Positions 1 through 11,842 are shown, counted from the first letter of the stretch. The stretch is 64,000 nt of DNA from Macrostomum hystrix (GCA_950097015.1 CATNEN010000037.1:1612001-1676000), one strand, 5' to 3'. Made by a program: numbers and translations. The notes: generated by a model from the letters alone, not told the origin.

Positions 1-122
1 AATATTTACCCAAGTAGCCATACAGTTCACAAGCTGGTCGCTCAGCAAACTCATCAAGCTCATGTTTATAAATTGCACTCATAAAATACTGGTAGCTCCA
101 TATAGCGGCACAATTCCTATAG

Positions 123-401
123 AGCAGCATTCCTAGCAACACACCCGGAGTTTCATTCGAGACTTTAAGCATGCCATCCGGTAATCAAAATTCAAACAAC
201 AACTACGATGCGACCTCGCGGGCAATCACTGCCGGAGGCCGCAACGCCGCCAGCTCGGTGGAGATTCGCCGACTGCAACAGCAGGTCGAGGAGATGGAGC
301 GCAAGCTGGATCGAGATCTGGACGAGTTGAAGCGTTTCGGTCTGAGCCCGGCGACTAACGCCGGTACGATTGGCCTGAGGAAGCAACAGCAACAGACCTG
401 A
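123..401 (+). CDS. Probable terminal exon of an upstream gene (coiled-coil-like, unknown product)
   Basis: Acceptor-like aattcctatAG at 121-122, then an open frame SSIPSNTPG...RRLQQQVEEMERKLDRDLDELKRF...QQQQT* ending at 401. No family recognised. Confidence 0.45.
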   Translation, partial: SSIPSNTPGVSFETLSMPSGNQNSNNNYDATSRAITAGGRNAASSVEIRRLQQQVEEMERKLDRDLDELKRFGLSPATNAGTIGLRKQQQQT

Positions 402-1284
402 AAAAAGACTCAAAAGTGGTTCTTATCAACCTGAAAATATATAACTGTCACTGCAATTTTCTCTCCTAGAACAAAATGTCGCTCTTTTTAATTAATGCTC
501 TCATAACTCGCAACTCGCATCTCACACTATCATCTATATCCGCACATTGAGGATCTGATGAACTATGCACCAGAGAAGGTCCACAGAAGGTCCACAGATG
601 CAAACATGTGAACGTCGTATGGAATAAGTCTTAGCAGTGTAATAATCGAGTGCAGAGCATTTGCTGCAGCGAGTCCTCTGTGCCGCCTGATGTCGTCTTC
701 CACATCGGGAACCTATGCAGATTTGCCGATTTAGTTCGACTCCAGGAAGCGTGCAAGCTTGGTCATCCGCCCGTGAGATGTGAGACGTGAGATGCTCTTG
801 AATGTCGTCCAGTCTGAAACTCGGTCTTCAGGGAATCGACAAATAAATGGACAGGCCCGTCAATCGGCTGCTAGCCAGAACTTCTAGTTGTCAAGAACTG
901 CTTAATAAAGTACTTGTTAAGTGTTTCAATGGCTAGTTAACTTAGAATTCGCACCCGCTACCCCATGTTTGTGGTAAATAGTAAAATAGATTAAAATATT
1001 CTAGATCATATAGACTCTAGGCTTTATATAGACATCTAAGCCTAGACTCTAGGCTACGACTCTGAAGCAATGTAATTTGAGTTATCATATGTGACACGTA
1101 CTATGATGTACTAGTTTAATCAAAATAGAAGGGAGGATTTTTAAAAGGCGCGTAAAAAAGTTAAAAACTTAAAAAGTTAAAAAAGTAATGGTAGTAGCTG
1201 ATGTTCTAAAAATAATCTTTTGTGTATATTTTTGCTACATAGTTTTTCACCCGTGTTGACAGAGATAGGGTCTAAGAAACAGTA

Positions 1285-1554
1285 ATCGAACATGTGCGAC
1301 GGTCGCCTAATAGGCAACTCCGAACATGTTCTTTGTTCCGAGAACATGTTCTTTTAAATTAATAAGGCTACTTAATGTATTTTAATGAATTAATAACATG
1401 AAGAAAAAACCATGCCTTCCTTGGCATGAGGTCAACAAACAAGACAGAGTTAAACCCATACTATGTCTAGTATGGCTTAACACACACACATGGTTTCTCG
1501 GAACAAAGAACATGTTCGGAGTTGGCTATTAGGCGACCGTCGCGCATGTTCGAT
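1285..1554. mobile_element. MITE-like inverted-repeat element (~60-bp arms)
   Basis: 1285-1344 and 1495-1554 are reverse complements with ~2 mismatches (atcgaacatgtgcgacggtcgcctaataggcaactccgaacatgttctttgttccgagaa). A further outer IR ccgtgttgac (1251-1260) pairs with gtcaacacgg (1569-1578). No clear TSD. Confidence 0.55.
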
Positions 1555-1936
1555 GTAGCCTAAGAGTCGTCAACACGGCAGAGTTTTTTTAATGAATTAA
1601 CTGCATGTGCGTTTCTGAAGTCACGATAATTTATAGAACGCAACTTTAAACTAATATTTTCTAGGAACTCGTAAACGAAATAATGCATTGTGGTCTGGTC
1701 TTAGCTGTTCGCGAGCTGGCATTGGCACTTTTTTAAAGCTTGCTATGAGCTGCCTTTGACGTTTTGAACATTTGCACCAGAAATTTTCTCTTATTTTTCT
1801 TTGCTATCAAGTCATTAGTCAAGTTTCGCTGACTAGATTATTTTGTAAGTCTTTTTTATACAAAAATCTAGATAGACAGATTGACGAACAAGTCTTAATA
1901 CATGCACACAAGTTGCTTTCGGATAAAAAAATAAAT

Positions 1937-2135
1937 ATGGATATACCTGAAAATCAAAAGCCACGACTATGCATGCTGCGAAAATGGGACGATTTTGCTG
2001 GCTATGGATTTAACCTTCATGCAGAGAAGGGCAAAATAGGACAGTTTATAGGAAAAGTAGATCCTAATTCACCAGCAGCATTTGGAGGTCTTCAGTCAAA
2101 TGACATTCTTATTGAAGTTAATGGAATAAATGTAG
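1937..2135 (+). CDS. NHERF1: NHERF/EBP50-like, exon 1 (PDZ N-terminal half)
   Basis: [47 protein letters not shown]...EVNGINV matches NHERF-type PDZ (GYGF loop). GTGAGT donor at 2136. Confidence 0.85.
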
Positions 2136-3132
2136 GTGAGTAATCTAATACTGTCTTAAATTATTTGCTGTTTAAATGTAAGTAGTTGATACTTTAATAT
2201 ATTGACATTTAATTTTCTAATTTTTTTTCTCTGAGTAGTAATTTAAGGTATAAGTAATTAAACTATAACTTACAGAAAATTATGTTTTAGAAAAAAGTTT
2301 TTGAAATTTCAAAAATATTGTTTAAAAATCATCACAAAAGTTTAGGCCTAATATTTTTATTTCAATCTACAATGTCAAGTGTCAATGTAGTAAAAACTGA
2401 TTTGAAATCAGTAGTCATAGTTTAATATGTAATATATCATGACAGACATTTAGCTGGTATCAGCATCAGTAATCTACAAAAGCTGAAAACTGAGAAATTG
2501 AAATGTAAAAAAAATGATTGCTAATTTTATCTTTTGATATTAGATAGCATTTATTTTTATGGTGGTGCTTTATCTATTGCCCTAATTAATATATCTTCCT
2601 TGACTTTATTTTACAGAAATTTTTAACTTTAAACACAAGCAATAGTTAAAATAATCTAAATGACCCAATAAAATATTCTTGTTGTAAAGCTAGGATGTGC
2701 AAATTAAATTATGTTCAGTCTAAAATTTTAGATTTTTATTTTCAAATACCTACTTACTAGGGTTTATTAAATTACAACTCTGGTATTTAGCTGTGAGCTT
2801 TAATATTAAGCTGTCAGATCATTAATTTAATAATAGCTAGTAATAATAACTAGTAATATACTAGTAATTTTAGCACAAGCAGAATTTGTTATCTATATAA
2901 TCCCCTCTGGAATGGCAACATAAGCAGACAAAACTTTCCCCCTAGCTACAGAAACCAATGTCCCACAGCAGCACATAACCTGCAGCAGCAGCAGCAGCTA
3001 GAGAAAAATCATTTAATTTCAACAAAAAACGTTGACTCGAATTCACAAAGAATGAGTAGGAAAGCCACCTTTTATCGTTAATTATCGTTAAATCATTAGC
3101 CACCCCCACGCGCCGCCCTTCTGGCGTACCAG

Positions 3133-3434
3133 AGGACGCCACCCATCAGACAGTTGTCAGCCGGGTGAAATCTCTGCCAGATCGCGTCGACCTTTTCGTC
3201 AGCAGCCCGGAGGCATACAGCTACTGTCGGCAAGCCGGTCTGCAGCTCAGCTCCGCTATGCCGGGAGTGAAGCGTTGCGTCACACCAGACCGGCGACCCA
3301 CCGAGTCGGAGATGCTGACAACGCAGACCGACGACCAGGCCGTAGTGGAAGCGCCGACAGTGACGAAGTCCGAGGCATCGCCACATCGCGGTGATGTCAG
3401 CAATTCCTCCATGGAGTCGCAAAACAAAAAGTCG
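3133..3434 (+). CDS. NHERF1: NHERF/EBP50-like, exon 2 (PDZ C-terminal half plus linker)
   Basis: ccAG acceptor 3131-3132; the phase-1 join gives NV-E-DATHQTVVSRVKSLPDRVDLFV, completing the PDZ. GTAAGT donor at 3435. Confidence 0.85.
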
Positions 3435-3477
3435 GTAAGTTGATTTCTAGAGTTGGAATTTCTCAACTTTATCCCCA

Positions 3478-4151
3478 ACCGATCCATCTGCCTTTATACC
3501 TAACCCATTCACCTGTCTTTATCCACAACCCATTCACCTGTCTTTATCCACAACCCATTCCCCTGTCTTTATCCACAACCCATTCCCCTGTCTTTATCCA
3601 CAACCCATTCACCTGTCTTTATCAACAACCCATTCACCTGTCTTTATCAACAACCCATTCACCTGTCTTTATCAACAACCCATTCACCTGTCTTTATCCA
3701 CAACCCATTCACCTGTCTTTATCCACAACCCATTCACCTGTCTTTATCCACAACCCATTCACCTGTCTTTATCCACAATCCATTCACCTGTCTTTATCCA
3801 CAATCCATTCACCTGTCTTTATCCACAATCCATTCACCTGTCTTTATCCACAATCCATTCACCTGTCTTTATCCACAATCCATTCACCTGTCTTTATCCA
3901 CAATCCATTCACCTGTCTTTATCCACAATCCATTCACCTGTCTTTATCCACAATCCATTCACCTGTCTTTATCCACAATCCATTCACCTGTCTTTATCCA
4001 CAACCCATTCACCTGTCTTTATCCACAACCCATTCACCTGTCTTTATCCACAACCCATTTCCATGTCTTTATCCACAATCCATTCAACTGTCTTTATCTA
4101 CAACCCATTCACCTCTCTTTATCAACCACCCATTATCCTGTCTTTATCCAG
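3478..4151. repeat. 25-bp minisatellite (acccattcacctgtctttatccaca) in NHERF intron 2
   Basis: Tandem units read directly; the last degenerate unit ends in the acceptor AG. Confidence 0.95.
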
Positions 4152-4367
4152 CATCAACCAGCACAACCGGTGTCTGCGCCGTCCACATTTAAATCGGCGC
4201 CATCTCCCGAGCCTTCCACGGCGTCCAGCAAAGCCGGCGGTCCGGATCCGCTGGGCAACGTCAGCTTGGCGGAGATGCGCGCCCGGATAGGCCAGAATCG
4301 GCGAAATCGGGTAAAGATGAGCGCCGTCTCTTTCTCGGAAAAGTACAACGTTTTTCAATCGCTTTGA
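4152..4367 (+). CDS. NHERF1: NHERF/EBP50-like, exon 3 (ERM-binding C-terminal tail)
   Basis: tttatccAG acceptor. SLAEMRARIGQNRRNRVKMSAVSFSEKYNVFQSL* resembles the EBP50 C-terminal ERM-binding segment. Three exons total 717 nt, in frame (238 aa). Confidence 0.85.
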   Translation, partial: HQPAQPVSAPSTFKSAPSPEPSTASSKAGGPDPLGNVSLAEMRARIGQNRRNRVKMSAVSFSEKYNVFQSL

Positions 4368-4974
4368 CGGCCCGCTTCGCTTACTAATAGTAGCCAGCGA
4401 TGCTTCGTGAAGCTAAATTTGCGTATTTCGAATTACGAATCGTTTTTTCCTTAGTCTGAGAAAGTTTGGGAAACTCAAATTCAAATAAAAATCATTTATG
4501 ATCTTCATTTGCGGTGATTTTTTGTTTATTTCTCTTTCCTTTCTACCTAAACTGATGTACTCGCATAGGAAGTCAATACTGTACATTTTAAGGATTTTAT
4601 CTATAAGGCACTAATCTCTGACATGGATTGTTTATTCTAACTGATAATGCAGTTCGACTCATCATTTTTTTTCGTTTTTCTTCTATTTTTGTGCTTAAAT
4701 CTGGCTGTTAAATTTCTAGTCAGCTGTGTACTTCGTATTATTTGCTCTATGAGTGCTTTTTTCTTATTGAAATTTATTTAACTCTAAGAGATTTTACCGC
4801 AGAGTCTGGCTCAGAAATAAATTTAGTAGTAAAAACAACCACTGAACCAGCTTTGACAGCAAATATATTTATTTCATTATATAACTATTCGTATACTTCG
4901 TATCTGTATGTTTTTTCTCTCATTTTCTGTATCATTTTGAGGATATATTCACGATTTCTAGGGAATATAATTCC

Positions 4975-5300
4975 GAGGAAGCATGATTTCGAGGAAACGT
5001 GATTTGGAGAAAAAAAGATTTCGAGGAAATATTATTTCAAGGAAAATTGATTTCGCAGAAATTTGATTTCGAGGAAATATGATTTCAAAGAAAAATGATT
5101 TTTAGGAAATATTATTTCGAGGAAACGTAATTTCAAGGAAATATGATTTCGAAGAAAAATGATACCCTGGATCAAAGATTCTGTGATTTTGGTACTTTGA
5201 AGAATTTTTATTCAGTAAATTGGGATTTAAGAAAACCGTGATTTCAAGAAATTCGGATTTCTAAGAAAAATGAATCCAAGGAATTGTGATTTCAATAAAT
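4975..5300. repeat. Degenerate ~18-bp tandem repeat (gatttcgaggaaa core)
   Basis: Repeated gatttc(g/a)a(g/a)gaaa motifs. Confidence 0.7.
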
Positions 5301-5559
5301 TAAGCTCTTATATTTGAGTAATCCCTGTCAAGTAATTAAGAATCTCATGAATTCGGATTGAGTTTAAATTTGTTAATATATTTATTAGCAGGTACTATTT
5401 GCAATGGTGAATCATGCATCCACCGTTTGGCGCCAGTCGACCCGCGACCAGCGAGAATATAATTCTGGTCATTCCGCTGACACCTGAGCACATACACCTG
5501 TTGGATACCTTACACAGGCACACAGGTGCAAGAGTAAGTCGAATCGTCAATCGACATCC

Positions 5560-6480
5560 TCAGCGTTGCGGCCTGACGTCTGCCCCGGCGTCGCTGTTGC
5601 CTCCGCCGCCGCGAAGGCTGCCGGCCTCTGTGAAGATTAGCGCCACCGCGGTCATGCTGCTGAGGATGCCGATAGCGTTCAGCCCGAGCGCCCAGCGACC
5701 GAGCCGGGCAGCCCTGGGGCCATCCCTGGCGAGCAGCAGGCGGTGGGAGCGCAGAGACAGGGCCACGGCGATGGAGCCCAGGAGGCAGTTGAAGCAAAGG
5801 CAGGTGATGAGCGACATGCCCAGGTAGGTTGTGCGCTGGGAGTTGCCAACAAGGATTCGGCGATCGTGCGATCCGAGCGTCGCCGAGAACGGCTGCCGAG
5901 TCTGCGGCGATTGGGGCGATTCGGCGATTTCCGGCTGCTCGATTTCTTCGCCGACATCGCCTCGGATTTCGCTGCCGCTTCCGGTTCCAGCTCCGCTTCC
6001 AGTTCCAGTTCCGCTTCCAGTTCCAGTTCCGCTTCCGGTTTTAGCTCCGCTTCCGGTTCCAGTTCCGATTCCGGTTCCAGCTCCGCTTCCGGTTCCAGTT
6101 CCGCTTCCAGTTTTAGCTCCGCTTCCGGTTCCAGTTCCGCTTCCGGTTTTAGCTCCGCTTCCGGTTCCAGCTCCGCTTCCGGTTCCAGTTCCGCTTCCGG
6201 TTTTAGCTCCGCTTCCGGTTCCAGCTCCGCTTCCGGTTCCAGTTCCGCTTCCGGTTCCAGTTCCGCTTCCAGTTTTAGCTCCGCTTCCGGTTCCAGTTCC
6301 GCTTCCGGTTTTAGCTCCGCTTCCGGTTCCAGCTCCGCTTCCGGTTCCGCTTTCAATTCCAGCTCCAATTTCCATGCTGCTCGAATTCGCAGTTCCAACT
6401 CCGGCTCCGCAGTTGGCAGCTATCTGCAGCCCTCTGTTCTGCAGTCTCTTTGGTGAGGCTAACAATTCTTGAATCTCCAT
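5560..6480 (-). CDS. CD225/dispanin (IFITM/PRRT-like) membrane protein with GS-rich repeat N-terminus
   Basis: C-terminal [62 protein letters not shown] has the CD225 pattern (Cys-rich hydrophobic segment, loop, TM). Single ORF of 306 aa; the start codon is less certain. Confidence 0.75.
   Translation of the reverse strand: MEIQELLASPKRLQNRGLQIAANCGAGVGTANSSSMEIGAGIESGTGSGAGTGSGAKTGSGTGTGSGAKTGSGTGTGSGTGTGSGAGTGSGAKTGSGTGTGSGAGTGSGAKTGSGTGTGSGAKTGSGTGTGSGAGTGIGTGTGSGAKTGSGTGTGSGTGTGSGAGTGSGSEIRGDVGEEIEQPEIAESPQSPQTRQPFSATLGSHDRRILVGNSQRTTYLGMSLITCLCFNCLLGSIAVALSLRSHRLLLARDGPRAARLGRWALGLNAIGILSSMTAVALIFTEAGSLRGGGGNSDAGADVRPQR
5970..6350. repeat. 18-bp coding minisatellite (GTGSGA/GAKTGS) inside the dispanin ORF
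   Basis: ttccgcttccggttccag-type units; frame-preserving length. Confidence 0.9.
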
Positions 6481-6861
6481 TTTTTAAACGGGATTAAACG
6501 GGCGGAGGAATTCCCTGGAGATGCCTTGCGTGAGCCAGAAGAATCTGTAAGGAGCGAGACTGAGCTCTTATGTCTAGCAGCTGTCTTCGAGCATCATCCC
6601 GATTCGTCAGCCAGCCAATCTAGCTGTCTGCCCCTTCCCCTTGATCCAGTTGATTTCAATCCTGATTCAAAAGCTTTCCACAAGGCTGGCCCGTGAAGCT
6701 TTCATATTCATAATTAATTCAGAATTTTTTTAAAGTACATTTAAAAAAGAACGAAAACTTTCGCTTAGCTAAATGGCTTAGATTGAAACATTTAGGCATT
6801 CATTGTAGTTAAATTTGATTAATGTGTAATTATATTTTTACGGAAGATAAATTTAAGATAA

Positions 6862-9295
6862 AATTGGACTGAGATACAGGGAGTGAGATAGAGGGACTGA
6901 GATAGAGGGACTGAGACAGAGGGACTGAGATAGAGGGAATGAGATAGAGGGACTGAGATAGAGGGACTGAGATAGAGGGACTGAGATAGAGGGACTGAGA
7001 TAGAGGGACTGAGATTGAGGGACTGAGACAGAGGGACTGAGATAGAGGGACTGAGATAGAGGGACTGAGATAGAGGGACTGAGACAGAGGGACTGAGACA
7101 GAGGGACTGAGATAGAGGGAATGAGATAGAGGGACTGAGATAGAGGGACTGAGATAGAGGGACTGAGATAGAGGGACTGAGATAGAGGGACTGAGATTGA
7201 GGGACTGAGACAGAGGGACTGAGACAGAGGGTCTGAGATAGAGGGATTGAGATAGAGGGACTGGAATAGAGGGACTGAGATAGAGGGTCTGGGATAGAGG
7301 GTCTGAGATAGAGGGACTGAGACAGAGGGACTGAGATAGAGTGTCTGAGATAGAGGGACTGAGATAGAGGGACTGAGATTGAGGGACTGAGATTGAGGGA
7401 CTGAGATAGAGGGACTGAGATAGAGGGACTGAGACAGAGGGACTGGGATAGAGGGACTGAGATAGAGGGACTGAGACAGAGGGACTGAGACAGAGGGTCT
7501 GAGATAGAGGGACTGGGATAGAGGGACTGAGATTGAGGGTCTGAGATAGATAGAGGGACTGGGATAGAGGGACTGAGATTGAGGGTCTGAGATAGAGGGT
7601 CTGAGATAGAAGGACTGAGATAGAGAGTCTGAGATAGATAGAGGGTCTGAGATAGATAGAGGGACTGAGACAGAGGGACTGAGACAGAGGGACTGAGATA
7701 GAGGGACTGAGATAGAGGGACTGGGATAGAGGGACTGAGATAGAGGGTCTGAGATAGACAGAAGGACTGAGATAGACAGAGGGACTGAGATAGACAGAGG
7801 GACTGAGATAGAAGGACTGAGATAGAGGGACTGAGATAGAGGGACTGAGATAGACAGAGGGACTGAGATAGATAGAAGGACTGAGATAGAGGGACTGAGA
7901 CAGAGGGACTGAGATAGATAGAGGGACTGAGATTGAGGGACTGAGACAGAGGGACTGAGACAGAGGGTCTGAGATAGAGGGATTGAGATAGAGGGACTGG
8001 AATAGAGGGACTGAGATAGAGGGTCTGGGATAGAGGGTCTGAGATAGAGGGACTGAGACAGAGGGACTGAGATAGAGTGTCTGAGATAGAGGGACTGAGA
8101 TAGAGGGACTGAGATTGAGGGACTGAGATTGAGGGACTGAGATAGAGGGACTGAGATAGAGGGACTGAGACAGAGGGACTGGGATAGAGGGACTGAGATA
8201 GAGGGACTGAGACAGAGGGACTGAGACAGAGGGTCTGAGATAGAGGGACTGAGATAGAGGGACTGAGATTGAGGGACTGAGACAGAGGGACTGAGATAGA
8301 GGGACTGAGATAGAGGGACTGAGATAGAGGGACTGAGACAGAGGGACTGAGACAGAGGGACTGAGATAGAGGGAATGAGATAGAGGGACTGAGATAGAGG
8401 GACTGAGATAGAGGGACTGAGATAGAGGGACTGAGATAGAGGGACTGAGATTGAGGGACTGAGACAGAGGGACTGAGACAGAGGGTCTGAGATAGAGGGA
8501 TTGAGATAGAGGGACTGGAGTAGAGGGACTGAGATAGAGGGTCTGGGATAGAGGGTCTGAGATAGAGGGACTGAGACAGAGGGACTGAGATAGAGTGTCT
8601 GAGATAGAGGGACTGAGATAGAGGGACTGAGATTGAGGGACTGAGATTGAGGGACTGAGATAGAGGGACTGAGATAGAGGGACTGAGACAGAGGGACTGG
8701 GATAGAGGGACTGAGATAGAGGGACTGAGACAGAGGGACTGAGACAGAGGGTCTGAGATAGAGGGACTGGGATAGAGGGACTGAGATTGAGGGTCTGAGA
8801 TAGATAGAGGGACTGGGATAGAGGGACTGAGATTGAGGGTCTGAGATAGAGGGTCTGAGATAGAAGGACTGAGATAGAGAGTCTGAGATAGATAGAGGGT
8901 CTGAGATAGATAGAGGGACTGAGACAGAGGGACTGAGACAGAGGGACTGAGATAGAGGGACTGAGATAGAGGGACTGGGATAGAGGGACTGAGATAGAGG
9001 GTCTGAGATAGACAGAAGGACTGAGATAGACAGAGGGACTGAGATAGACAGAGGGACTGAGATAGAAGGACTGAGATAGAGGGACTGAGATAGAGGGACT
9101 GAGATAGACAGAGGGACTGAGATAGATAGAAGGACTGAGATAGAGGGACTGAGATAGACAGAGGGACTGAGATAGATAGAAGGACTGAGATAGAGGGACT
9201 GAGATAGATAGAAGGACTGAGATAGAGGGACTGAGATAGACAGAGGGACTGAGATAGACAGAGGGACTGAGATAGACAGAGGGACTGAGATAGAA
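6862..9295. repeat. 14-bp satellite (GAGATAGAGGGACT) with higher-order duplication
   Basis: Continuous array. Variant markers recur 1254 bp apart (7621/8875; 7341/8595). Confidence 0.97.
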
Positions 9296-10039
9296 CAAGG
9301 AAACAAAACACTAGACTTTGATTTCCCTGGATACACAGTGGGATCGAAACAGACAGTGGTTCTGAGGTTGACATTGATTTCAAGGGTCGTCAGTAAGCCA
9401 TTTAGATGCCTCTGACTAGCACCCTGGAGCTGTGTGACCCTCTCCTATGTTGAGCATGAATCTCAAACACCCACCCACCCGCCCACTCTCTCAGTGACAG
9501 CAGCTACGTGACTTTCTACCCCGGATATTTTTTTTAGAATTTCTCCCACTTTCTTTTCTCACTCGCAATGGGATCGATGGTGAGTGTTCGATTCGTCTGG
9601 GAGAAAAAATTTCAATTCCAGAGCTAACCAAAGCCAGAGGCGCCAATACAAATAAGTGGGTATGCATGATACGAATGAAATCATCATATATGCATGCATT
9701 AAATTCCCTTATTTACATGCTATATGATGCTGTCTCTTGCTTTGCGTTGCTGTCATTATTTTCTTGCCTCGTATCGCGACCAAATAGTCGTAGTTCTTCA
9801 CACAGAATATTCAATAAATATTTATAACTCGAAAAGAAACTCAGATTCGCAGAAAAGTTTTCCAGATTTTCTTAATTATTTAAGGCATTATCTGTCTTTT
9901 TTGCGAAAGAATTTTCGGAGCCAGCAAAAGTCGATTTTTTTGCAAGCATTCTAGTTTGTTGCAGGACTCTGGTGTGGTGGAAATATTTCTGATTGATTGG
10001 CTGGTGGAGACTAAAATCACGGATTGATGTAACAGCGAG

Positions 10040-10268
10040 CCTGTAGTCCTGTAGTTACAGCTTCGGGAATCGGACCGATTGGTCGGGAGTTCGAATCTCA
10101 GACCAAGGGAAAAAAATTCTGTACTTTGAGCAACACACTTAATTCACGACAGGATTGGTTACCTGCATCTGCTGGGGAACAAACTTGGATAGAATATGCG
10201 TGGCAGCCCCCAGTCCATGGACTGTGCTGTGCCATTGGTTGTGCATGCATCTGGCCCTAATGGGCTAC
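10040..10268 (+). mobile_element. tRNA-derived SINE family 1, diverged copy
   Basis: B-box-like gttcgaatc, partial CORE-like tgtactttgagcaacacacttaattc, and the ccccagtccatggactg body shared with the copies at 16.5 kb and 27.7 kb. Confidence 0.6.
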
Positions 10269-10289
10269 GTGTGATTTATTTCTTCATCC

Positions 10290-10530
10290 GGGAATTCCAT
10301 TGGCGGGAATCCATTGGCGGGAATTCCTTGGCGGGAATCCATTGGCGGGAATTCCTTGGCGGGAATTCCTTGGCGGGAATTCCTTGGCGGGAATTCCTTG
10401 GCGGGAATTCGATGGGCGGGAATCCATGGCGTGAATTTTTATTGGTGGGAACCCATGGCGGGAATTCCATAAGCGGGAATTCCATAAGCGGGAATTCCAT
10501 AAGCGGAAATTCCATTCGCGGGAGTTCGAT
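10290..10530. repeat. 14-15-bp minisatellite (ggcgggaattcctt)
   Basis: Tandem units downstream of the TP53I13-like stop codon. Confidence 0.9.
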
Positions 10531-10682
10531 TGGCGGGATTTACCAGCAGGTGTTTAGTATTAAAAGAAAGTAATAAATTAAAAGCCGAATCTATTAAAAT
10601 AGATTCCAACACCAGTTTACAATATTTATTGTGTCTAATCGATGCTGGGCCAATGACGATTGGACCGAAATTGATCGAGAAT

Positions 10683-10799
10683 TTAGCTGGGGCACAGTTG
10701 ACTGTCCTCAATGTCGCTGACAATGGCTGCCTCCCTGACTAATCCCACGCGGTACTGGCCCTGCAGAGCAATGTGCTCAGGACCCTTCAGTGCGTAGTT
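10683..10799 (-). CDS. TP53I13: TP53I13/DUF3105-like, exon 4 (terminal)
   Basis: ttgcAG acceptor; NYALKGPEHIALQGQYRVGLVREAAIVSDIEDSQLCPS*. Confidence 0.8.
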   Translation of the reverse strand, partial: NYALKGPEHIALQGQYRVGLVREAAIVSDIEDSQLCPS

Positions 10800-10949
10800 C
10801 TGCAATCCAAATTTTGAAATAAGGAGTTAATAAAGAAAAATTTAGAACTCAGGTGTGTACACCTGCCCTGATTTTACCATCACTGTAGCTTGAGAATTGG
10901 CCCTCGTGGGAATCAATTCGAGCTCAGGGATTCTGGGAATTCGAGAAAT

Positions 10950-11400
10950 CCATATTCGGGAAATCCATCTTCGGGAAATCCATCTTCGGGAAATCTATCT
11001 TCGGGAAATCCATCTTCGGAAAAATCCATATTCAGAAAATCTATCTTCGGGAAATCCATCTTCGGGAAATCCATCTTCGGGAAATCCATCTTCGGGAAAT
11101 CCATCTTCGGGAAATCCATCTTCGGGAAATCCATCTTCGGGAAATCCATCTTCGGGAAATCCATCTTCGGGAAATCCATCTTCGGGAAATCCATCGTTGG
11201 GAAATCCATCTTCGGGAAATCTATCTTCGGGAATTCCATCTTCTGGAAATCCATTTTAGGAAATTCCATCTTCGGGAAATCCATCTTCGGGAAAATCCAC
11301 ATTTAAAAAGTCTATCTTTGGGAAATCCATCTTCGGGAATTCCATCTTCGGGAATTCCAACTTCGGGAAATCCATCTTAGGGAAATCCATGTTCGGGAAT
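10950..11400. repeat. 15-bp minisatellite (cgggaaatccatctt), TP53I13 intron 3
   Basis: Tandem units read directly. Confidence 0.95.
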
Positions 11401-11428
11401 AATTTAGTCACTTAAAACACAACCTCAC

Positions 11429-11506
11429 CATGATGAAGTCCCGAGCAATGCTTGGATCGAACTTCGCCATCAGCAATTTGTTGCGATATGCCAATAGGAC
11501 AAACGG
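11429..11506 (-). CDS. TP53I13: TP53I13/DUF3105-like, exon 3
   Basis: tcgcAG acceptor; PFVLLAYRNKLLMAKFDPSIARDFIM; GTGAGG donor; 78 nt, phase 0. Confidence 0.8.
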
Positions 11507-11539
11507 CTGCGATTGGGTCAGTTGGGGTGGCTTTAGGTT

Positions 11540-11827
11540 AGACACCAATCTGCCGTCACCCAGAAACAAATCTGCCGTCACCCAGACACCAATGTGCCTT
11601 CACCCAGACACCAATCTGCCGTCACCCAGAAACAAATCTGCCGTCACCCAGACACCAATCTGCCGTCACCCAGAAACAAATCTGCCGTCACCCAGACACC
11701 AATCTGCAGTCACCCAGACACCAATCTGCCGTCACCCAGACACCAATCTGCCGTCACCCAGACACCAATCTGCCGTCACCCAGACACCAATCTGCCGTCA
11801 CCCAGACACCAATCTGCCGTCACCCAG
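11540..11827. repeat. 22-bp minisatellite (cacccagacaccaatctgccgt), TP53I13 intron 2
   Basis: Tandem units fill most of the intron. Confidence 0.95.
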
Positions 11828-11842
11828 AGCTACTAAACAAAC

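Noticed and set aside
6819-9383. 800-850-aa ORFs in three frames
   Set aside because: Translations of a stop-free 14-bp satellite, open in several frames at once, with no unique domain.
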